From positions 1 through 14,032 of the forward strand of contig JAVKIJ010000081.1 in assembly GCA_031459535.1 (NCBI GenBank): 14,032 nucleotides of DNA, in the 5' to 3' direction. The notes under the pieces were generated by a model. That model was given only the letters and a program-made list of their open reading frames with translations, was not told the origin of the DNA and ran no database searches. Both the position numbers and the translations under genes were made by a program. The stretch comes from Candidatus Fervidifonticultor quintus. Its GTDB lineage: Bacteria; Sysuimicrobiota; Sysuimicrobiia; Sysuimicrobiales; Humicultoraceae. Below, piece by piece: positions 1-6,731 of this stretch (position 1 is the first letter of the stretch; each line of letters begins with the position of its first letter).

Positions 1-109
1 ACGAAAGCAACAGAGCACCGCCAGACGGCTGGAGGAGAGAGGCTCGGCCAGCCCGTAGAAGGAAAGCCAGAGGTCGGAGTGAGCATCATGCTGTGCATTA
101 ACATTCGAA

Positions 110-126
110 TTTCAGCATCCTGCTAG
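110..126. mobile_element. Possible IS/MITE terminal inverted repeat (TTTCAGCATCCTG) with adjacent CTAG target-like site; the element would extend left, out of the window
   Basis: TTTCAGCATCCTGCTAG at 110-126 resembles ends I recall for IS5/IS1182-like elements and derived MITEs (TTTTTCA(G/A)CA(T/G)CCTGCTAG). Bases 1-122 are visibly less GC-rich than the coding DNA. No transposase is visible, so this rests on recall and inference. Confidence 0.3.
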
Positions 127-983
127 GTCCGCAGTCGGGGATCCAGCAGGTCGCGCAGCCAGTCGCCGCAGATGTTGAGGCTGAGCACGACGATCATGAT
201 GGCCAGGCCCGGGAAGGTCGCCATCCACCAGGCGTTCCGCAGATAGGCGCGGGCCTCACTGAGCATGGCACCCCACTCCGGCACGGGCGGCTGCGCCCCC
301 AATCCCAGGTAGCTCAGGCTCGCCGCGACCAGCAGAGCGATCCCCATGCCGGCGGTGGCCAGGACAATGATCGGCGGGATCATGTTGGGCAGCACGTGCC
401 GCAGGACGATGCGGGTGTCCGCGGCGCCCAGCGCCCGCGCGGCTTCCAGGTAGTCCAGGCCCCGCACCCCCAGGGTGACCCCTCGGGCCGTGCGGGCGTA
501 GACCGGCACGCCGGAGACACCGACCGCGACCATGGCGTTATAGAGGCTCGGGCCCAGCATGGCCAGGATGGCCATGGCCAGCAGGATCTGTGGGAAGGCC
601 AGCAGTACCTCCATGACGGCCATCGACAGGCTGTCGATGCGGCCGCCGTAGAATCCCGCCAGGAGTCCCACGGACGTCCCTCCGACGAGGGAAATCCCCA
701 CGGTGACCATGCCGACCTGCAGGGAGATCCGCGTGCCGTAGATGACGCGGCTGGCGATGTCCCGCCCGAGCTCGTCGGTGCCGAAGGGGTGTCGGGACGA
801 CGGAGGCTTCAGCACGCCGCCGGGGATCAGTGCATACGGGTCGTGGGGAGCGATCAGCGGCGCGGCGATGGCCACGACCACGAAGGCCGCCAGCACGGTC
901 ATCGCGCCCGCCACGATGGGTCGGCGACGCAGGCGCCGCAGCGCCACTTCCAGGGTCCCACGCGGCGGAACGAGGGTGCTCAC
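123..983 (-). CDS. ABC transporter permease, DppC/OppC type (286 aa)
   Basis: Motifs HPFGTDELGRDIASRVIYGTRISL, EAA loop DYLEAARALGA, HVLPN, PEWGAML and C-terminal GDWLRDLLDPR. Start reassigned to GTG at 983, which overlaps the upstream TGA (GTGA). The ORF-track extension to 1421 is off-frame within the upstream gene. Confidence 0.93.
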   Translation of the reverse strand: MSTLVPPRGTLEVALRRLRRRPIVAGAMTVLAAFVVVAIAAPLIAPHDPYALIPGGVLKPPSSRHPFGTDELGRDIASRVIYGTRISLQVGMVTVGISLVGGTSVGLLAGFYGGRIDSLSMAVMEVLLAFPQILLAMAILAMLGPSLYNAMVAVGVSGVPVYARTARGVTLGVRGLDYLEAARALGAADTRIVLRHVLPNMIPPIIVLATAGMGIALLVAASLSYLGLGAQPPVPEWGAMLSEARAYLRNAWWMATFPGLAIMIVVLSLNICGDWLRDLLDPRLRT

Positions 984-1900
984 CGGTAGCGGATCCGGGG
1001 GTCCAGACCGGCGTAGAGCACGTCCACCGTCAGATTCACGAAGACATACAGCACGGCGACGACCAACACGATGCCCTGCACTACGGGGAAGTCCCGGGCC
1101 AGAATGGCGTTCACGGCCAGCCGCCCCAGCCCCGGCCGCGCGAATACGGACTCCACGATCACCGCACCCGCGAGCTGGCTGCCGAACTGCAGCCCGATGA
1201 TGGTGAGCACAGGGATCAGGGCGTTGCGCAGCGCGTGCCGGTAGACCACGAGCCGCTCGGCCAGCCCTTTGGACCGGGCCGTCCGCACGTACTCGTGCCG
1301 GAGGACCTCCAGCATGCTCGAGCGCGTGATCCGCGCCAGCACCGCTGATGCCGGCGCAGCCAGCGTGGCCGCCGGCAGGACCAGCGCGCGCAGGCCCTCG
1401 GCCTGGGTGATCGGGAACCAACCGAGCTTCAACGAGAAGAGCAGGATCAGCAGGAGCCCCGACCAGAACGTGGGCATGGACAGCCCCAGTAGCGCGAACG
1501 CCATGGCCGCCGAGTCCACGGTGGGCCGCGTGGTCGTGGCGGCCGCGACCCCCACGGGCACACCCACGCTCACGGCCAGCGTCATGGCAGCCAGCGTCAG
1601 GGTCACCGTGGCAGGGAGGCGATCGCGGATCTCGTCGGACACCGCGCGGCGGCTGCGGATCGAGGTGCCCAGGTCGCCGCGGACGACCCGTTCCGCGAAC
1701 CGGAGGTACTGCACGACCAACGGCCGATCCAGCCCGAGTTCGCGGCGCAGTTCAAGGACGCGCTCCCGCGAGGCGAACTCCCCCAGCATGATCTGCACCG
1801 GGTCGCCCGGGGTCAGGCGGAGCATCAGGAACGTGGCGAGCGTGACGCCAAACAGGGTCGGGACGAGCAGGAACAGCCGCCTGGCAAGATACGCCCGCAT
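980..1900 (-). CDS. ABC transporter permease, DppB/OppB type (306 aa)
   Basis: N-terminal YLARRL...PGDP, GDLGTS, EAA-type loop EYVRTARSKGL, HALRNALIP, ESVFARPGLGRL, RDFPVVQG and C-terminal LDPRIRY. Confidence 0.95.
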   Translation of the reverse strand: MRAYLARRLFLLVPTLFGVTLATFLMLRLTPGDPVQIMLGEFASRERVLELRRELGLDRPLVVQYLRFAERVVRGDLGTSIRSRRAVSDEIRDRLPATVTLTLAAMTLAVSVGVPVGVAAATTTRPTVDSAAMAFALLGLSMPTFWSGLLLILLFSLKLGWFPITQAEGLRALVLPAATLAAPASAVLARITRSSMLEVLRHEYVRTARSKGLAERLVVYRHALRNALIPVLTIIGLQFGSQLAGAVIVESVFARPGLGRLAVNAILARDFPVVQGIVLVVAVLYVFVNLTVDVLYAGLDPRIRYR

Positions 1901-1937
1901 CCTGCTCGTCCCGAACGCCTAGCGGGCTGCGCCGCGC

Positions 1938-3536
1938 TCAGCGCAGCGATGCGTCGTTGAGGACCACGAACCCGTCTGGATGGACCCTGGCCCCCATGAT
2001 CGTCGGCTGGATGGCCACGTAGTTGGTGTTGATCCACAACGGGACCCACAACGCCCTGTCCACGATCAGCTTCTGGATGTCCCGGTAGATCTCCAGGCGC
2101 TTGCGCTGATCGGTCTCGGAGCGCGACTCATCGATGAGCCGGTCCAGCGCCGGATCCCGGTGATGGCTGAAGGTCAGACCGGTGCCGATGTTCTTCGAAT
2201 GGAACCAGAGCTGCACGATGTCCGGCGAGGTGTATGTGTAGCCCATGAGGGTGGCCTGGTGTTCACCGGCGCGCAGTTTTGCCAGCAGCGTTCCGAACTC
2301 GAAGGTCTGGATCTCCATCTGGATGCCGAAGGCGCGCAACTGGGCCTGGATGATCTGGGCCGACCGGCCCCACGTGTCAATGGGCGCGCGGAACAGCGTG
2401 AACTGGAAAGGCCGGCCATCCTTCTGGAGCGAGCCGCCCGACGTGGGCTGCCAGCCGGCTTCGGCAAGTAGCTTGCGGGCTTCGGCCGGATCATAGCCGG
2501 GGGCATAGCCCACAATGCCCTCCCAGTAACCCCAGATGGACGGCGGGAGCGGCCCGTGGGCCACCTCGCCGAGCCCCTCCAGCGCAATCTGCAGGATGCT
2601 CTTCTTCTCGATGGCGTGGTTGAGAGCCCGGCGCACCCGCAGGTCGTTGAAGGGTTCCCGCGTCACGTTGAACTCCATGAAGAGCCCCACACCCTTGCGG
2701 AGGAACGAGAAGAACTGGTACTTGTTGGTCGCCTGCAGCCGGCGTACGTCGGTGGGCGGCGCGGCCGCGGGCCAGAAGACGTGGATCTCGCCCCGTTCGA
2801 AGGCCGCCACCTGGGCCGCCGACTCGGGCATGATGCGGATCACGACCCGTTCGAGGTAAGGAGGGCCGGCGTGCACGTGGGCCGGTCCCCACTGGTAGTC
2901 AGGGTTGCGGGCCAGGATGATCCGGTCTGCGCTGCGCCATTCCTGAAACCGAAACGGCCCTGTCCCCACCGGGCTGCGGCCGAAGCGATCGCCCAGTTGC
3001 TGCACGGCCTGGGGGCTGACGATCATGGCCCGCGGGTCCGTCAGGTTGTCGAGGAACGGCGAGAACGGCTCCTTCAACCTGATGACGACTGTGCGCGCGT
3101 CCGGGGCCGCCACGCTGGCCACCGGACCGAAGAGGGCCGCAGCGATGGGCGACTTTGTCTCGGGCGCCAGGGCCCGCTTCACGGTGAACTCTACGGCCTG
3201 GGCATTCATTGGCGTCCCGTCGTGGAACTTGACGCCGTCCTTCAGTTGGAAGGTCCAGGTCAGGCCGTCACGGGACACGGTCCAGGCCCGCGCCAGAGCC
3301 GCGGTGTAGTTGCCTCTCAAGTCCTTGGTGATCAGGGTGTCGCCGAGAAACCGCATGATGTGGCCGGTGAGCGCCGCGCTGGTCTTCTGCGCGTCCAGCG
3401 TGTCGGGCTCCTCGGTCGAGACCAGCACGAGCTCGCCGCCCGGCCGGGGCTGGGCCTGCAGCGGGGACAGCGGAGCCAGCAGCACGACTGCAAGGCCGAT
3501 CAGAGCCAACCGGCCGGGTGTTCGCCGTCTCGTCAT
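1938..3536 (-). CDS. ABC transporter substrate-binding protein, family 5 (Dpp/Opp/Nik-like), 532 aa
   Basis: Sec-type signal peptide (MTRRR...hydrophobic...PLQA|QP). Family 5 motifs EPDTLD, LARAWTVSRDGLTWTFQLKDGVKFHDG, PVGTGPF, FNDLRVRRALNHAI, YDPAEARKLLAEAGW. SD GAGGAGG upstream of the ATG. Confidence 0.95.
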   Translation of the reverse strand: MTRRRTPGRLALIGLAVVLLAPLSPLQAQPRPGGELVLVSTEEPDTLDAQKTSAALTGHIMRFLGDTLITKDLRGNYTAALARAWTVSRDGLTWTFQLKDGVKFHDGTPMNAQAVEFTVKRALAPETKSPIAAALFGPVASVAAPDARTVVIRLKEPFSPFLDNLTDPRAMIVSPQAVQQLGDRFGRSPVGTGPFRFQEWRSADRIILARNPDYQWGPAHVHAGPPYLERVVIRIMPESAAQVAAFERGEIHVFWPAAAPPTDVRRLQATNKYQFFSFLRKGVGLFMEFNVTREPFNDLRVRRALNHAIEKKSILQIALEGLGEVAHGPLPPSIWGYWEGIVGYAPGYDPAEARKLLAEAGWQPTSGGSLQKDGRPFQFTLFRAPIDTWGRSAQIIQAQLRAFGIQMEIQTFEFGTLLAKLRAGEHQATLMGYTYTSPDIVQLWFHSKNIGTGLTFSHHRDPALDRLIDESRSETDQRKRLEIYRDIQKLIVDRALWVPLWINTNYVAIQPTIMGARVHPDGFVVLNDASLR

Positions 3537-3564
3537 CGTGCCACCCTCCTCGCATGGGGGTCAG

Positions 3565-4581
3565 TTAGACATTCTCCACCACCGCAGGCGCCCCCCTGCC
3601 GGGGCATTCATCCGGCACCGCGTCCAGTCTCACCTCTTCCCCTTCCCTCAGCACGCCGACGACCACCAGTATGCCGGGCGGCTGCGCACCCAGGGCTCGC
3701 TGGAGATCGTCGGCGGACTCGATTCGGGTGTCGCCCAGGCGGACGAGCACGTCTCCCGGCCGAAGCCCTGCGCGCGCGGCCGCAGAGCCCGGTGCGATCT
3801 CGGCCACCCACACGCCTCCGCGGCCAGGAAGCCGGTGCCGGAGCAACAGGCCCCGCTCCAGCTCGATCGTCTGGCCCACCACCCCCAGGTAGGCGCGGCG
3901 CACGCGCCCCTCGCGCAGGAGCTGTGAGGTCACCCACTTCGCGGTGTTGATGGGGATGGCGAAGCAGATACCCTGCGAGAACGCAATGATCGCCGTGTTG
4001 ATGCCGATCACCATCCCCTGGGAGTCTACCAGGGGGCCGCCGGAATTCCCGGGATTCAATGCGGCGTCGGTCTGGATCACGCCCTCGATGAGTCGGCCGG
4101 TCTGGGCACGCAGCGTCCGGCCGAGCGCGCTGATGACGCCCGCCGTCACCGTCGCCTGAAATCCCAACGGATTGCCGATGGCGACCACCAGCTGTCCGAC
4201 GCGCAGGACCGCCGAATCACCGAGATGCGCCGCGGGCAGCCCAGAGACCGGGACGCGCAGCACGGCCAGATCGGTGTGGGGGTCGAGCCCCACTGGGTGC
4301 GCAGGCATGCGTCGGCCGTCGGGAAGGTGGACTTCGAGACAAGCGGCGCCCTGCACCACGTGGTTGTTGGTCAACACGTACCCGTCGGGCGCGATGACCA
4401 CGCCGCTGCCCGCGCCCCGCAGGTCTGGCACCCCTTGCATCCGGCGGCGGGCTGCGCGCCCCTCCACGATAATGCTGGCAACCGATGGTCCAACCCGCTC
4501 TGCGGCCCTGATCACTGCCTGCGAATAGGCGTCCAGGGCGTCGGCGTCGCTGGACGGGAGCACGGCCGTAGTATGGCTCAC
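3565..4581 (-). CDS. HtrA/DegP-like S1C serine protease with a single C-terminal PDZ domain and no signal peptide (338 aa; protease B)
   Basis: GSGVVI, LTNNHVV (His), DLAVL (Asp), GNPLG, IQTDAALNPGNSGGPL (Ser), followed by PDZ (YLGV...GSAAARAGLRPGDVL). GTG at 4581 is preceded by SD GGAGGTGA; the track start at 4605 overlaps the upstream gene. Confidence 0.93.
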   Translation of the reverse strand: MSHTTAVLPSSDADALDAYSQAVIRAAERVGPSVASIIVEGRAARRRMQGVPDLRGAGSGVVIAPDGYVLTNNHVVQGAACLEVHLPDGRRMPAHPVGLDPHTDLAVLRVPVSGLPAAHLGDSAVLRVGQLVVAIGNPLGFQATVTAGVISALGRTLRAQTGRLIEGVIQTDAALNPGNSGGPLVDSQGMVIGINTAIIAFSQGICFAIPINTAKWVTSQLLREGRVRRAYLGVVGQTIELERGLLLRHRLPGRGGVWVAEIAPGSAAARAGLRPGDVLVRLGDTRIESADDLQRALGAQPPGILVVVGVLREGEEVRLDAVPDECPGRGAPAVVENV

Positions 4582-4588
4582 CGGTGTC

Positions 4589-5482
4589 TCACCTCCGCTC
4601 GCCAATGACCACGCTCAACTCGCGGGGCTCGCCGCCGCGCAGGATGCGCACCGGCACGGCTGTGCCAATGCGCTCTGCCGTGAGCAGGCCGAACAGGTCC
4701 TGGAGATGGCCAATGGGCTCGTCGCCGACTGCCAGCATGACGTCGCCGAGCAGCAGGCCGGCAGCCTCCGCAGGGCTCCCGGGCTCGACCGAGACCAGCA
4801 GGAGCCCCACCTCCTGCCCCAGGTCTCGGCAGAGGCCGACCGGCAGGCGGACGGGCTGGCCGCCGATGCCGAGGTATCCGCGGCGCACACGGCCGTGCGC
4901 AAGCAGGGCGTCGGCGACCCGCCGCAGTGTCGGTAGCGGCAACGCCAGGGCGGTCTGCCGCAGGAGCCCCGTGGTCTGCATGCCCAGCACGCCGCCCGAC
5001 GCGTCCACCGTGGCGCCGCCTGAGAACCCGGCCGCTGGTCCGCTGTCCAGCTCGAGATACCGGTCGATCGCCGCGCCGCCTGGCGCGCGCCAGGCGTCCG
5101 CTACGGCAGTCAAGATTCCGAGCCTCGCTCGCACCGCGCGGCCGGGGCGCCCCAGGCTCACCACGAGGTGTCCGGTGCGGGCCGTCCCAGGTTCCACCCA
5201 GGTTGCGGGCGTCAGGCCGGTGGCTCTTGCCCGTACCAGCGCCACATCGGTGCTCGGGTCGCGGCCGACGGGCACGGCCGTCACGGTTCGACCGTCGGCC
5301 AGCCCGACGCGGATCCCTTCCTCGTGTTCGATCGCGTGATCGGCGGTCACGATCAGGCCATCGGACGACCAGGCGATGCCACTCGCCGGCAGTCTCCGGC
5401 GTGCCTCCACGCGCACGACCGACGGGCCGACGGCCTCGACGAGCGACGCGAGACCGTCGGACAGGTCCGAAAGGATGTCCAT
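4589..5482 (-). CDS. Divergent HtrA/S1C-like serine protease with PDZ domain and no signal peptide (297 aa; protease A)
   Basis: GPSVVRV, ASGIAW, IVTADH (His), DPSTDVALV (Asp), GFSGG (Ser), followed by PDZ (RGYLGI...GSPAEAAGLLLGDVM). ATG at 5482 is preceded by SD GGGAGGTGA; the track extension to 5656 overlaps the regulator. Confidence 0.88.
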   Translation of the reverse strand: MDILSDLSDGLASLVEAVGPSVVRVEARRRLPASGIAWSSDGLIVTADHAIEHEEGIRVGLADGRTVTAVPVGRDPSTDVALVRARATGLTPATWVEPGTARTGHLVVSLGRPGRAVRARLGILTAVADAWRAPGGAAIDRYLELDSGPAAGFSGGATVDASGGVLGMQTTGLLRQTALALPLPTLRRVADALLAHGRVRRGYLGIGGQPVRLPVGLCRDLGQEVGLLLVSVEPGSPAEAAGLLLGDVMLAVGDEPIGHLQDLFGLLTAERIGTAVPVRILRGGEPRELSVVIGERR

Positions 5483-5582
5483 GAAACGCTCACCTCCCGC
5501 CCCCAGTGTCCGCCGGATGCCGACCGCGCGCATCACCTGATCGGGGAGGTCGTGGCGTGGGTGCTCCGATCCGTTGAAACGA

Positions 5583-6206
5583 TCAGAAAACGATGAGCCC
5601 CAACCGCGCAGCACGCGTGACGGCCTCGGTGCGGCTGTGCGCGTCAAGCTTCCCAAGGATGGCGTCGACGTGGAAGTTGACCGTGTGCTCGGACAGACCC
5701 AGCCTTCTCGCGATACCCCTGTTGGGCAGGCCCTCGGCCAGCAACTGCAGCACCTCCAGTTCGCGGGGGGTCAAGTCCTCGGCCCAGGCGGCGGGCTCAC
5801 GCACACGCACCGGCCGCGCCACAGCGGCGAATGCGGGTGCGAGTACCACCAGGCCGCTGGCCGCGGCGATCAGGCCGGCGGCGAGCCGCTCTCCGCTCGC
5901 GTCACGCGGCAGCACGCCGCGCGCGCCAGCCCACAGCGCTGTGGCGGCGTCCGCCGGGGTGGACACGAGGGCCAGCACGGGTGGCCCCAGTGTCTCGAGC
6001 GTCGCCACCTGCTCCGCCACCCCGGCAGGATCTCCTCCGGCATCGAATAGGATGACATCCGCGCCGGATACCGGCACCGGTGCCCAGGCAAGATCGGCAG
6101 GACCGGCCTCGCCGGCGGCGGTCATCCGCGCGTCGGCTCGAACCAGTGCCGACAACCCGGCGCGCACCAGCGGATCGTCGGCCACGACGAAGACGCGGAG
6201 ATCCAC
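5583..6206 (-). CDS. NarL/LuxR-family DNA-binding regulator with atypical receiver-like domain (about 207 aa; alternative start 6254)
   Basis: C-terminal LuxR HTH LTPRELEVLQLLAEGLPNRGIARRLGLSEHTVNFHVDAILGKL...SRTEAV. N-terminal REC-like segments RVFVVADDPLVRAGL, DVILFD and AGARGVLPRD. GTG at 6206 follows AGAGG; the start is uncertain. Confidence 0.88.
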   Translation of the reverse strand: MDLRVFVVADDPLVRAGLSALVRADARMTAAGEAGPADLAWAPVPVSGADVILFDAGGDPAGVAEQVATLETLGPPVLALVSTPADAATALWAGARGVLPRDASGERLAAGLIAAASGLVVLAPAFAAVARPVRVREPAAWAEDLTPRELEVLQLLAEGLPNRGIARRLGLSEHTVNFHVDAILGKLDAHSRTEAVTRAARLGLIVF

Positions 6207-6344
6207 GGCCTCTACGCAACGCCCCGCGCGCCGGCCGTATTCCGCCTGCGCCACCGTGCCCGGCAGGCGCGGGCGAGGGCGGGCGCGAGGAAACCGAGGA
6301 GATGATCAGGAAACTCCCTGCGGAAACCGTATGAGGAGGGCGTC

Positions 6345-6731
6345 GTGAACATCGTGAGGATCGACCCGACCCGGGCGCGGCCGGCCGCGCAGCCGGAACA
6401 CTTCGACGGCACTGTGCGCATGCAGCCGCTCTACGAGCCCGACCGGGACGGCGAAGAATCAGAACTCGTCGCCGTCTTCTTCGACGCGGGCGCCCGAACC
6501 ACGCCCCACACCCACGACAGCCACCAGGTGCTGCAGGTCGTCTTCGGCCACTGCCTGGTGGTCGTCGAGGACGACAGACAGATCGCCGGACCCGGCGACT
6601 TCGTCATCGTCCCGCGCGGCACCTGGCACTGGCACGGGGCGACCCGCGAGGGTCCGGCGTGTCACATCTCGATCAAGCTCCCGGGGCGCACCCACTGGGG
6701 CGTCCCGAGGCGCAACTGGGCCGCGGGCTAA
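6345..6731 (+). CDS. Cupin-domain protein, hydroxynitrile-lyase-like (HNL-like) subgroup (128 aa)
   Basis: SD GAGGAGG then GTG. Cupin motif 1 GARTTPHTHDSHQ (H-x-H-x3-Q), motif 2 PGDFVIVPRGTWHWHGA, and N-terminal PEHFDGTVRMQPL. Confidence 0.85.
   Translation: MNIVRIDPTRARPAAQPEHFDGTVRMQPLYEPDRDGEESELVAVFFDAGARTTPHTHDSHQVLQVVFGHCLVVVEDDRQIAGPGDFVIVPRGTWHWHGATREGPACHISIKLPGRTHWGVPRRNWAAG

Noticed and set aside
1-126. Short open frames at the left edge (+ frame 1 open to TAG 126; + frame 2 ending ...RRLEERGSASP* at 58)
   Set aside because: Too short to assign. One could be the tail of an upstream gene or transposase, but the window gives no support.
984-1421. 146-codon N-terminal extension of the 432-aa ORF
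   Set aside because: Off-frame overlap with the DppB-type gene and low-complexity Arg/Gly/Ala content. The GTGA overlap at 980-983 gives a natural start.
1901-1937. Possible hairpin between the first binding protein and its permease
   Set aside because: Only a short bulged GC stem, expected by chance at this GC content.
2556-3950. Long alternative-frame or antisense ORFs (e.g. 2556-3950, 6779-7924, 10297-12069, 11834-13201, 9085-9882)
   Set aside because: Shadow ORFs expected at high GC. They lie largely within motif-supported genes and show no recognisable domains.
5483-5656. N-terminal extension of protease A as a possible export signal
   Set aside because: It overlaps the regulator 3' end and has no hydrophobic core. 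A strong SD precedes ATG 5482.
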